This document shows, piece after piece, positions 1-11,066 of a DNA stretch of 64,000 nt. A model generated the notes under the pieces. That model was not told the DNA's origin. It saw only the letters and a list, made by a program, of their open reading frames with translations, and made no database searches. The stretch spans positions 285,510-349,509 of the forward strand of contig CAZAER010000001.1 of the NCBI GenBank assembly GCA_964484195.1, written 5' to 3'. The first letter of the stretch is position 1, and every line of letters begins with the position of its first letter. Origin of the DNA: an uncultured Bdellovibrionales bacterium. GTDB lineage: Bacteria; Myxococcota; XYA12-FULL-58-9; JALHOP01. Made by a program: the position numbers and the translations under genes.

Positions 1-508
1 ATAGGGTGAAGCCGAGCAGCGATGCGAACACCACTGCCATTTGCTGGCTCGCGGATTGCCAGCTGGTGAAGAAGCCTTCGCGTCCGGGAGGTGAGATCTC
101 CGCGAGGTAGACCGAGACCCCGCCGAGCTCGACCCCGGCGGAGAAACCCTGCAGCAGGCGTCCGCAAAGGACGAGCAATGGAGCAGCAGGGCCGATGCTC
201 GCGTAGCTCGGCACCGCGGCGACCAGCAAGGTCCCCGCCGCCATGAGCGAGAGGGTCACGAGCAGGCCTTTACGCCGACCGTGGCGATCGATGTACGCGC
301 CCAACACGATGGCGCCCAGCGGCCGCATGAGAAACCCGGCGCCGAAGACGGCCAGGGCCGCGAGGATCGATGCAATCTCGCTGTCCGCTGGAAAGTACGC
401 CGCCGCGATGTACGTCGCGAAATAGACGTAGACCATGAAGTCGTACATCTCGAGGAAGTTGCCGCTGACGACACGGAAGACGGTGCGCGCTTTGCTCTCG
501 TTACTCAT
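1..508 (-). CDS. MFS transporter, N-terminal part (gene runs off the window edge). Metabolite:H+ symporter-like (ProP/KgtP-type).
   Basis: Minus-strand translation from ATG at 508-506 reads [40 protein letters not shown]...[75 protein letters not shown]. This is the typical MFS N-terminal signature region (GRRK loop, TM helices). It is absent from the ORF track because it is edge-truncated. The in-frame stop upstream is at 572-574. Confidence 0.6.
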   Translation of the reverse strand, partial: MSNESKARTVFRVVSGNFLEMYDFMVYVYFATYIAAAYFPADSEIASILAALAVFGAGFLMRPLGAIVLGAYIDRHGRRKGLLVTLSLMAAGTLLVAAVPSYASIGPAAPLLVLCGRLLQGFSAGVELGGVSVYLAEISPPGREGFFTSWQSASQQMAVVFASLLGFTL

Positions 509-978
509 GGGCGAGTCAGCTTGGCACAGGTCGGGAGGAAACCGACATGGCGGCACGACCGAAAACCCGGCTCAACCTATCGCTTGGAGCTTCCTATGGC
601 CTGCAACTTTGACCGCGCGTGCATCGAGAGAGAATTGAATGGCACGCTTCGGCGCTATAGCGGCGGCTCGAACAACGACTTCGCGGCGCTGCGCACCAAC
701 GTTTCGCGCGCTCGCGGCGTCGCGGTGCGGCCGTACCTCGAGCTCGCCGACATCAAGCACTTGGTGCGCGATACGCGCGAAATCAACGCCTTCCAGGACA
801 TGGTTGCGAACGGGTTCATGAGCCACTTCGACAACAAGCCGAGTGACGGCCGCATCACGCTTCCCGAATGGAATGCGAACAGCAGTCGTCGGCCTCAGGG
901 TGTGCGGGCACGCGGTCCGCAAGGGCGCTAAGTCTCGGCCTTGTCGCGGGCGCGGCGTCGTGCGACGAAGCCAGCGCC

Positions 979-2031
979 GTGCTCGATTACTATCGCTTGG
1001 TTTGGCCGCTCCTGCGCCAGCTCGATTCGGAGCGGGCGCATGGCCTCGCGGTCACGGCGCTCAAGAACCGGCTCGTGCCGATCCCCGAGCCGTTCAGTGA
1101 CGCGCGGCTCGTGACCCAGGTCTGGGGTCTCACCTTCGTGAATCCCATTGGGCTCGCGGCGGGTTTCGACAAGAATGCCGAGGTCATCGACCCGGTGCTC
1201 GAGCAGGGGTTTGGTTTCGTCGAGGTCGGAAGCGTCACGCCGAAGGCGCAGCCGGGTAATCCCAAGCCGCGCATGTTTCGTGTCCTCGAGGACCGCGGTG
1301 TCATCAACCGCTTGGGGTTCAACAACCAGGGCATCGAGCGGGTTGCGCAGCGCCTCGCGCAACGTTTGGCGGCGCCGAGCCGGATGCCCGGCATCGTCGG
1401 CTTGAATCTCGGCAAGAACAAAGACCAGCCGGACGCTATCGCGGACTACGTCGCCGGTATCGAGCGCGGGCGCGAGCTCGCGGACTACCTGGTCATCAAC
1501 GTGTCGTCTCCGAACACGCCGGGGCTTCGCGCCTTGCAGAGCCGGGATGCCCTCGCGGCGCTGGTCGCAGCAGCGCGCCAGGCCGCCGGTTCCAAGACGT
1601 TGCTGGTGAAGATTGCCCCGGACCTCGAAGGCGGAGAGCTTCGTGACATCTGTGAGGTGGTGATCGAGCACCGCATCGACGGCCTGATCTGCGGCAACAC
1701 CACGCTCTCCCGGGACGGTCTGAAGAGCGAGAATCGCAGCGAGCAGGGCGGGCTGTCCGGCGAGCCCCTGTTCCAGCGCTCGACCGAGGTCTTGAGAAGC
1801 GTCTACGCGCTCACCCAGGGCCGCCTTCCCCTCATCGGCGTCGGCGGAGTCGCCTCCGGTGAGCAGGCCTACGCCAAGATCCGAGCGGGCGCCTCCCTGG
1901 TTCAGCTCTACACGGGCCTCGTCTACGGCGGCATCGGCCTGGCGCGACGAATCGCCCAGGAACTTTCTAGGATCTTGGAAAAACAGGGACTTAGCTCGGT
2001 CGCCGAGGCCGTGGGCGCCGACCACCGCTAG
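979..2031 (+). CDS. pyrD: Dihydroorotate dehydrogenase (quinone), class 2
   Basis: In-frame GTG at 979 gives MLDYYRLVWPLLRQLDSERAH, which aligns with the E. coli PyrD N-terminus (MYYPFVRKALFQLDPERAH). Internal motifs are GLAAGFDKN, VEVGSVTP, NRLGFNN, LVINVSSPNTPGLRALQ and IGVGGV. The ORF-track ATG at 868 adds 37 poorly conserved residues, so the true start is probably 979. Confidence 0.88.
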   Translation: MLDYYRLVWPLLRQLDSERAHGLAVTALKNRLVPIPEPFSDARLVTQVWGLTFVNPIGLAAGFDKNAEVIDPVLEQGFGFVEVGSVTPKAQPGNPKPRMFRVLEDRGVINRLGFNNQGIERVAQRLAQRLAAPSRMPGIVGLNLGKNKDQPDAIADYVAGIERGRELADYLVINVSSPNTPGLRALQSRDALAALVAAARQAAGSKTLLVKIAPDLEGGELRDICEVVIEHRIDGLICGNTTLSRDGLKSENRSEQGGLSGEPLFQRSTEVLRSVYALTQGRLPLIGVGGVASGEQAYAKIRAGASLVQLYTGLVYGGIGLARRIAQELSRILEKQGLSSVAEAVGADHR

Positions 2032-2115
2032 CGCCGAGAACCAACCAGGAACTTTCTCGAGTGGGGGCCGCAGTCTATCTTGGCAGCGCCTAGATGACCG
2101 ATTACACTTTGCGTC

Positions 2116-3948
<1,833 letters not shown>

Positions 3949-4019
3949 CGCTCGGACACGCAACTTCGCGCCCCGCCTGCCGATACAGGAGACGAGACTG
4001 ACGATCCTGGGGTCGCGCT

Positions 4020-4307
4020 ATGCATCCGCTCGACTATTGGCTCACCCGTAAGGCCAAGGCTCCCAAGCAGGAGCAGGCCGGCACGACCGCGAGTTGCCTC
4101 GCCGGTGACGTTGGTTTGGCCGAGGCTCTGCAGCTGGACGGTGCCTGGTGCCACGAGGCGCGTGAGCGTGCCATCACCCTCTACGGTGAAGGGCGCTGGG
4201 AGGCGTGCATCGCTATCATTCGCGGCCTGGTCTTGCTCGGGAGCGAAAGCCCGGTCGACACCATCCTTCTCGAGCGGTGTCAGGCGCGCCTGGAACGCGG
4301 CGCATGA
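4020..4307 (+). CDS. Hypothetical small protein (95 aa), first gene of a coupled operon
   Basis: The ORF has GC3-biased codons. Its stop TGA (4305-4307) overlaps the ATG (4304-4306) of the next gene. The competing upstream extension of the next ORF back to 4205 is Arg-rich, wrong-frame-like sequence. No recognisable domain. Confidence 0.45.
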   Translation: MHPLDYWLTRKAKAPKQEQAGTTASCLAGDVGLAEALQLDGAWCHEARERAITLYGEGRWEACIAIIRGLVLLGSESPVDTILLERCQARLERGA

Positions 4308-6049
4308 TTTGGGGGACGCTCGACGCCCGCGTCTTGTCTCGCGATGTCGGCGCCATCGCGCAGGCAGTGGATTGCGCCGTACGTGCGGTGACGCGGCGGC
4401 CCGCCGATCGCTACGAAGCGGCACCCGTCGACAGCGCCAAGGCACAGCGAGAGCCTGCGCCGGCCGAGATGGAGGAGCTGCGGGCGCTTCTCGGACCCCG
4501 GCCTGACGCGAACACTGCCGTTGTCGTGACGAAAATCGTGACCGAGCTCAGCGTCGCACTCGACGCTTGGCGCGGCTTGTCACCGCTCTCGTCTACCGAC
4601 AAGCGCATCGCCGTCTTCTTCCAGCGCGGGCAGCTGGTGCGCACCGCAACCGAGGTCGAGCGCATGCTGGACGCGCTGAAGGGTACGCCGCTCGCAGCCA
4701 GCTTCCCGCGTGCTCAGCTCGACGCCATCAAGAGACGCGCCCAGGCGGACATCGATGCGATGGCGCAGCCGGTTCTCGCGCAGTCGTTCGACGATGCACT
4801 GCCGGCGAAGAGCTTGACCGCGGAGCAGGCGCTCGCGGCTTTGCCGCGGTTGTTGCCCGGGTTCGACGGGGTGGCTCGGCTCGCCGCCGCACGCCCGGCG
4901 ATCGATGACCAGCTGATCGCCTTCGCATTGCTCGCCGATCAAGCGATTCACGCTCCCGACTATGCGCGCTTGCCCCCGGGCGTGAGCCCGCAGTGTCGCG
5001 CCGCCCACCGCCGCCGCCAAGGCGACGCAGCGCAGTCGCTCGAGCTGCGTTTTGCCAACTACGAGCGTCGTGAGCATTGCGTGGCGACCCTGAGGTCGGT
5101 GCTCGGGCGCGTGGCGCGCGCCGGCGACCCGGCCGCTGCGCTCGCGGCCGCGCTGCCGAACGAAATGCTGCGTCAATGCGGAATTGCCGCGAGCGAGGCG
5201 ACCGCATGGAGACCGACGACCGCGGGCATCTTGCACCTGTTGCGCTGCGAGGGTCTCACACCGTTGCGAGGCCTGTGGGCTTACCGCGGCCGGATGAGCG
5301 CGCGTAACCCGGAGCTCAGGGCTCGCACTCTGTCCGTTTTGGCGGAGATGACGGGGGCGATGCTCGCGGGCACCTACGAGCAGTGGTTGTTCGAAGGGCG
5401 CATTCCCGACGAGCAGCTGCGCTGCCTCGATGCACGTCAGCGTCTTTTGTGGCGGACGGCGGATTCACACGCGTACGACGGCCTCACGACTCGGGAAGAG
5501 AACGGCCTCGAGCGCATGTGGGTCACCAAGATCGGCGGGCCGAGCCATGGCTTCGACCACGGGCCGGACTGCCTCTTGCCGTTCCTCGCCAATGCCTACA
5601 CCACGGCGATCTTGGTCGACGATCCCCGTCATCCGGAGAATGCTGCTGCGCGCTGCTATCTGCGGGTGCTCGAAGCGCCGGGTGGCCAGCCGGTGCTCTA
5701 CCTCGAGCCCCTGCAACGCGACTTCCCGTATCGCGAGCACTTCCCGGACCCCGAAGACAAGCTACGCGTTCATGCAGCTATCTTGAGGCACGCTGTCGCC
5801 AAAGCGGACAAGCTCGGCGTGCCGTTGGTGACCGCGGACTTCGGAGTCGAAATGGCGGCGCTTCGCACCGGCGTACCGCTCTACGAAGCGTCGAGCTATC
5901 TCGTCATGCCGGCGTCCCGTGGCATTCGCGAGGCCTCCGACACCTTGCTCAGGTTGCACGACTGGCCACAGCTCGAGACGCGAAACAGCGATCAGCTCCC
6001 CTTGCTGGTGTACGAGTCACGCTTACGCGCGGGGGAAGGCGCCACGTGA
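4304..6049 (+). CDS. Hypothetical protein (581 aa), no recognisable family
   Basis: Long Ala/Leu/Arg-rich ORF. Its start ATG overlaps the upstream stop (ATGA). Its stop TGA at 6047-6049 overlaps the GTG at 6046-6048 of the downstream gene. No Walker, HExxH, SAM or other motifs seen. Confidence 0.6.
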   Translation: MIWGTLDARVLSRDVGAIAQAVDCAVRAVTRRPADRYEAAPVDSAKAQREPAPAEMEELRALLGPRPDANTAVVVTKIVTELSVALDAWRGLSPLSSTDKRIAVFFQRGQLVRTATEVERMLDALKGTPLAASFPRAQLDAIKRRAQADIDAMAQPVLAQSFDDALPAKSLTAEQALAALPRLLPGFDGVARLAAARPAIDDQLIAFALLADQAIHAPDYARLPPGVSPQCRAAHRRRQGDAAQSLELRFANYERREHCVATLRSVLGRVARAGDPAAALAAALPNEMLRQCGIAASEATAWRPTTAGILHLLRCEGLTPLRGLWAYRGRMSARNPELRARTLSVLAEMTGAMLAGTYEQWLFEGRIPDEQLRCLDARQRLLWRTADSHAYDGLTTREENGLERMWVTKIGGPSHGFDHGPDCLLPFLANAYTTAILVDDPRHPENAAARCYLRVLEAPGGQPVLYLEPLQRDFPYREHFPDPEDKLRVHAAILRHAVAKADKLGVPLVTADFGVEMAALRTGVPLYEASSYLVMPASRGIREASDTLLRLHDWPQLETRNSDQLPLLVYESRLRAGEGAT

Positions 6050-9000
6050 ACCTCGCCGCGGTACTAGCAAAGCGCCGGGCGAGCGCGGCGGAGACGACGG
6101 GGGCACCTGCGAAGGTGCTTCTGCCGGGGCAGTTGGCACCGGCGCGGCCCGTCGACAGCTTCCTCGCCGAACGTGCCGCTGGTCCGTTGCAGACCATCAT
6201 CCGATATCTCGGCGACCCGTCCTCCGAGACGCCCGGCCGTTGCCGAGGCTTGCAGCTCTTGTGGAGCGAGGTCGGCACGCAGATGAAAGCCGTGCCCGCC
6301 GCCCGACGCGACGATGTGACGCGGCTTTGTGCCGAGAGGGTAGCGAGCCTCTGCGAGGCATTGGGACGCGACCCGTGTCTCGGAGCCGCCGTCTCGTGTC
6401 TCGTCGCCATGGTTGCTCATGCGGCGCGCAGCGATTGCTCGCGTATCGCTGAGCTCTCTGCAGCCGCCGAGCTTACCGTTGCGACCATCGCTCGCCGCTT
6501 CGTAGGCCGCACCGGCGGACACCTGGCCTTGTTCGCGCTCCGCAACATGGCCGACACGGTCCACCTGCGACGCGGCACCGACGCCGCGAGCCTTCCGGTG
6601 GCTTGGTCTGCATTGGCGGACTACACGGGAGCAGGGTTGCTCGCGGGTCCGGTCACGCAAACGGACATCAGCGGACTGACGGAGACACTGACGTGGAGCC
6701 TGGAGGGCGCGGCGGACGTGCCCACAGCGTGTGCGCAAGCAGTTGCGGAGCGACGCGATGCCTACGCGCTCGAGCTCGAGGACATCAAGGCCGCCGTGCG
6801 GCGATGCAGCAGTGACGCCCGCTACCGCGCCTTGCAAGACGCCGCGGTCATCGTGCTCGCGAGGTTTCCCGACGGGCCGTGCGACGTTTGGCGCTACGTT
6901 CGCTCGTTGGTGACCCATCTCGTGGTCGTCAAGGCGCCGCGGGCCAAGCTCGCCATCGCCGCCGAGCTGCTCGAAAAACAACAGACGCCTGCCGATGCCT
7001 TGCAGACCGCGAAGCTCCTTCGGGCGACGATCGACGGCTGGCCCGGTGGGTGGCTGCGCACCAAGACCGTGCACACGCTTCGGCAAGCTGGGGACGAATG
7101 GCCGGCGATGCTTCTGCGCATCTGCGCGCCCAGAGCAACGACCGTGCTGGCTCTCGGCGTGCTTGCCGGCATCGAGCCGTCGTCGCACCGGACCCTGCTG
7201 GTTCGCATGTTGTTGCAGGAGCGCGCCGCAAACCCCATGCTGGCTCTGTCCGCGTTCGCGGACGCGCGCGCAAGCATGCGATGTCTGGACGTGCTGGACG
7301 ATGAGCAATTGGAACGCTTCGCGGAGCGCCTCGTCGAGCTGGTCGCGGTGTTGCCGGCAGACCATGCGCGTGAAGCGGGCGAGGTCGCCTACGGTCGCAT
7401 TGGCCAACCTCGCATCAACAACGCGGGTGACACGCGTAGCACCTGTCGGGCGCTGGTCGACCAGATCCCCGGCGTGCGCCTCGCCCCTCTCTTGCTGCCG
7501 ACGGCGCAGGGCGCCGTCGGCGTTTTCGATGTGCGTCAGGGAGAGCGGCAACACGCCCCGGTCCCGCTCCTGCGCTCGCTGCTGGCGGGTGCCGTCGATG
7601 TCGCTGGATTGACGGAGAGCGGTAAGGAACGCCTGGCCCGTTTGCTCATGGCGGTGGCTCTCGAGCTAGCGAGCCTGGACCGCGACCCGAGCGTATTCGC
7701 AACCCTCGTGCGTGACGCGCTCGGCAAAGCCTGTAGCGCCGCGAACGACGAGACACCTCTGTTACTGCGCGCGCCAGCTGCCGTCGCATCCGCGAGCGTC
7801 GAGCGCATCACCGGTTTCGCGCAAGAGCATCCGACCTTCCCGCCGGAGCTCGTGATCCCCGCGGTCGTCCACCTGGAAGCCAAGACGCTTGCCTGGCTCG
7901 CAAGAAGGATGGCCGCCTGCTCGACCAACGTGGATCGCAGGTCGCTGCGCGACTTGACCGTGGCGGCGATCCTCGCCAAGCGCACGGCCGTCCTCGACGT
8001 GCTGCGCGAACGCGATGCCGTGCAGGCCTTCGCGCTCGCCGCCGTCGTGAATCCCCTCCATCGCATCGGCAACGACGCCCAGGTGCCATGGGACGAAATC
8101 CAGAACCTGCAGACCGCGGACGGCGATGCCGGAGCCATCCTCCAGGAGCGCGAGCTGCTCGAGGCCGATGGTGACCTCGAAGAGCTGCCCGATCTGTCGG
8201 CGACGAACGCCGCGGCAGCGAACGACCTCGCGACCGCGAAGTCTGACATCAAGATCCTGACGGCGTTTCTGAAAAGAGCCTCCTCCTGGGAAGACATACC
8301 GGCCGCTACGCTCCGCCATCACTTCAACGAGGTCCTCGCGGCGTCGGGCCGCGGCGACTGGCCGGCGCGCAAATACAACGACCCAGCCATCGTTGCCGGG
8401 TCTGCTTACGCGTTGCTGTCGCCCGAGAAACAGCTGTTCTGGCGCAATGGTTTCCGCGTCGACGGTCCACCTCCGGAACGGCCGAATCTGGGCGTGCTCG
8501 CGCCGGTGGCCGCGATGGCGGAGCGACTCGCGGGTCAAGTCGGCGCTATCGCCGACGCGAAGTATGGAGCGCGCTCCCTTCGCGCCTGCAACGAGAAGCG
8601 TGCCGACCTCGTTCAGGGGCTCCGCGCCCTGACGCGCGACTCTGCCGCCTATCTCGCGGCCAGTCGCGAGGTTGCGGTCCTCACCAACGAGCTCGCTTTG
8701 CGGACCTTCGAGCGCGCGGCCGCTGGTGTCGCGACGTCCGTCGAGGCGCCGGTCATCTTGCCGAGACTCGGACCCTTGGCACGTGATGCGGCAAACGCAG
8801 CGCGAAAGCTCGGCAATGCGAGCCTGGTTACCGAGCTACGCGATTTAGCGCACGCGGTGCTCGATCTGCCGCCGCCACCACCCAGCGGTCGCATCGCCAC
8901 GGCGTATGCTTCGAGCCAGACCTCGGTGACCGCGTTCCTCACGTCGTTCCGGGTCGGCTGCATGAACCCATCCGCGAAGCACAACGCGCCCGCGCTCATC

Positions 9001-9453
9001 GAGTTCATGCTGAACCCCGACTACCAGATGGCGCTCGCGTACGACCATGACGTCGCGCAGCGCCGAGGGGTCCTGCGCCTCTTCAAAGTGGAGATGCAGG
9101 GCTATAGCGGCCCGGCGCTGTACGTCGACTCCCCGTACGCGACGGCACACGGTGTCACGCAGACACGTGAGGCCGAGGGCGCCTACATCGACCTCGTCAT
9201 CATGATGGCGAAGAACCTGGGTGTGCCTGCGTTGATGCCCGAGAGCTGGCGTCACCAGATGAACCAGGTCGCCGACGTCGAGGGGATGGCCTGCTCGTCG
9301 AAGAACGTGAAAATCTTCGTGCCCTTTGGCGTCATCGGAGTGCACCAATCGGAAGCGTTCTCGAGCTACTTCATCAAGCCCAAGCCAGGCGTCCCTCACA
9401 CAGCCAAGATCACCTTCGCTGTCACCGAGCGTAAATCGAGCGGCTTCGAATGA
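6046..9453 (+). CDS. Hypothetical large protein (1135 aa), no recognisable family
   Basis: The in-frame GTG at 6046 is preceded by GGGGGAAGG, which is SD-like at a 7 nt spacing. The earlier ATG at 5383 would overlap the upstream gene by 660 nt. There are no TM segments and no P-loop. The stop TGA at 9451-9453 overlaps the ATG at 9450 of the GluRS gene. Confidence 0.6.
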   Translation: MNLAAVLAKRRASAAETTGAPAKVLLPGQLAPARPVDSFLAERAAGPLQTIIRYLGDPSSETPGRCRGLQLLWSEVGTQMKAVPAARRDDVTRLCAERVASLCEALGRDPCLGAAVSCLVAMVAHAARSDCSRIAELSAAAELTVATIARRFVGRTGGHLALFALRNMADTVHLRRGTDAASLPVAWSALADYTGAGLLAGPVTQTDISGLTETLTWSLEGAADVPTACAQAVAERRDAYALELEDIKAAVRRCSSDARYRALQDAAVIVLARFPDGPCDVWRYVRSLVTHLVVVKAPRAKLAIAAELLEKQQTPADALQTAKLLRATIDGWPGGWLRTKTVHTLRQAGDEWPAMLLRICAPRATTVLALGVLAGIEPSSHRTLLVRMLLQERAANPMLALSAFADARASMRCLDVLDDEQLERFAERLVELVAVLPADHAREAGEVAYGRIGQPRINNAGDTRSTCRALVDQIPGVRLAPLLLPTAQGAVGVFDVRQGERQHAPVPLLRSLLAGAVDVAGLTESGKERLARLLMAVALELASLDRDPSVFATLVRDALGKACSAANDETPLLLRAPAAVASASVERITGFAQEHPTFPPELVIPAVVHLEAKTLAWLARRMAACSTNVDRRSLRDLTVAAILAKRTAVLDVLRERDAVQAFALAAVVNPLHRIGNDAQVPWDEIQNLQTADGDAGAILQERELLEADGDLEELPDLSATNAAAANDLATAKSDIKILTAFLKRASSWEDIPAATLRHHFNEVLAASGRGDWPARKYNDPAIVAGSAYALLSPEKQLFWRNGFRVDGPPPERPNLGVLAPVAAMAERLAGQVGAIADAKYGARSLRACNEKRADLVQGLRALTRDSAAYLAASREVAVLTNELALRTFERAAAGVATSVEAPVILPRLGPLARDAANAARKLGNASLVTELRDLAHAVLDLPPPPPSGRIATAYASSQTSVTAFLTSFRVGCMNPSAKHNAPALIEFMLNPDYQMALAYDHDVAQRRGVLRLFKVEMQGYSGPALYVDSPYATAHGVTQTREAEGAYIDLVIMMAKNLGVPALMPESWRHQMNQVADVEGMACSSKNVKIFVPFGVIGVHQSEAFSSYFIKPKPGVPHTAKITFAVTERKSSGFE

Positions 9454-11021
9454 TCACCTGGCTGGCAACATTGTGGCCATGGAGCGAGCAGCGGGCCGAA
9501 CGCCGAGCGAAGGTCGCGTCGGCGCAGCTCCCCGAGGGTGACGTTGCGGTGCTACGCGGCAGGGTGCAGGCAGCCATGCAACGCTCGCGGCTGACGCTGC
9601 CCGATGTCGTCGAGGCGCATGAGCCGAGTCCCGAAGTCGCGGCGCTCGCGCGTTCGCTGCGTGAGGTCGCGACGCGTGGCCGTGGCGCGGCGGAGAGCCG
9701 GCGCCCGAGCATGCCCGCCGTGGCCGCGAGCGAGCCGCCGAGCGGCGAGGTTCGCACGCGCTTTGCGCCGAGCCCCACTGGCCAGCTTCACATCGGCGGT
9801 GCTCGCACCGCGCTCATGAACTATCTCTTCGCCAAACGGCTGGGCGGTGAGTTCGTGCTGCGCATCGAAGACACCGATCTGCCGCGCTCGCGACGCACGC
9901 ATACGGCAAGCATCCTCGGCAGCCTGCGCGCCCTAGGCATCACCTGGCAGGGCGAGGTCGTGCATCAATCGCGGCGCTCCGAGCTCTACGCGCGGAAGAT
10001 CGACGTCTTGATCGATCGAGGCGCGGCGTATCGCGACGAGACCGGCGCCGTTTGGTTCAAGGTTCCCAAAGAAGGCGACGTCATCGTGCACGACCGCGTG
10101 AAGGGAAGCGTTCGCGTCTCGCTCGCGGGGGACGCCATGCGTGACTACGTGATTCAGCGGGCAGACGGCACGGCGACCTTCTTGCTCGCCAACGTCGTCG
10201 ACGACGGTGAGCAGAAGATCACCCACGTCATCCGCGGCGATGACCATCTCGCGAACGTGGTCAAACAGATCCCGTTGTTCCGCGCCCTGGGTTACCCCGT
10301 GCCCCAATTTGCGCACGTGCCGCTGATCCTCGATGAGGATGGCGAGAAGCTCTCGAAGCGCAAAGGTGCGACCGGCGTCCTCGACTTTCTCGGCGAGAGC
10401 TTCGACCCCACCATCTTGGTGAACCATCTGGCGCGTCTCGGTCTCCGCATCCGGACGGATGAGATGCTGCCGCTGGACGAGCTCGCTAAAGCGGTCGACC
10501 CGTGGGGCTTCAAGCGCGCACCTGCACGGATCGACTTGCCCAAGCTCCGCGCCCGCAATCGCGAGCAGGTCCTCCGCCTGTCGCTACCGGAGCTGGTCGA
10601 ACAGGCGGCGGCCTGCGTACCGGATCTAGCGGAACGTCTAGGACCGACCCGTTTCATCGAGCTCTGCGAGGCGACCCGCACGCGTATTTCGACGTTCGGG
10701 GAGATTGCTGCGATTGCCGCCGCCATCGAAGCGGCTCCAGCCGCGCTGACCATCGACGACACGGCAGCGGTCGCGGGGGCCCGCGACGTGATCGATCGTG
10801 TCGCCGAGTGCCTTGCGGCGCTACCCGCCGAGCAATGGAGCACGCCGCATATCGACTCTGGGTTACGCGCCATGGTGCCAGGGCGTGGTCGTCAGAGCGC
10901 ACCCAGCTGGCGTGCCTTGCGCCTGATGTTGACCGGCGACGAAGTCGGGCTCGGGGTGGCGGCGACCATGGCCTTGTTGGGCCGCGACGTGACCCTGACG
11001 CGGCTGCGGCGCGCCGTCTAG
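9450..11021 (+). CDS. gltX: Glutamate--tRNA ligase (class I GluRS) with roughly 90 aa N-terminal extension
   Basis: Contains [43 protein letters not shown] (HIGH motif) and KLSKRKG (KMSKS motif). The anticodon-binding region is present (FDPTILVNHLARLGLR...). The ATG at 9450 overlaps the upstream stop. An alternative internal ATG at 9711 (MPAVAAS...) would give a 436 aa protein. Confidence 0.8.
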   Translation: MITWLATLWPWSEQRAERRAKVASAQLPEGDVAVLRGRVQAAMQRSRLTLPDVVEAHEPSPEVAALARSLREVATRGRGAAESRRPSMPAVAASEPPSGEVRTRFAPSPTGQLHIGGARTALMNYLFAKRLGGEFVLRIEDTDLPRSRRTHTASILGSLRALGITWQGEVVHQSRRSELYARKIDVLIDRGAAYRDETGAVWFKVPKEGDVIVHDRVKGSVRVSLAGDAMRDYVIQRADGTATFLLANVVDDGEQKITHVIRGDDHLANVVKQIPLFRALGYPVPQFAHVPLILDEDGEKLSKRKGATGVLDFLGESFDPTILVNHLARLGLRIRTDEMLPLDELAKAVDPWGFKRAPARIDLPKLRARNREQVLRLSLPELVEQAAACVPDLAERLGPTRFIELCEATRTRISTFGEIAAIAAAIEAAPAALTIDDTAAVAGARDVIDRVAECLAALPAEQWSTPHIDSGLRAMVPGRGRQSAPSWRALRLMLTGDEVGLGVAATMALLGRDVTLTRLRRAV

Positions 11022-11066
11022 ACACACTTCCCGAAGCGGCGCCCAATGCGTTAAGTCGCGGGACGC

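Noticed and set aside
4205-4303. Upstream extension of the 581 aa protein back to the ATG at 4205
   Set aside because: It would overlap the 95 aa gene by 100 nt with Arg-rich sequence. The ATGA junction at 4304 is the better start.
5383-6045. ORF-track start of the 1135 aa protein at 5383
   Set aside because: It would overlap the preceding gene by 660 nt. The GTG at 6046 has an SD-like GGAAGG and a GTGA junction.
6064-7554. 496 aa minus-strand ORF inside the 1135 aa unknown gene
   Set aside because: Arg-rich antisense-type composition. It has no RBS, and the plus-strand ORF is embedded in a coupled operon.
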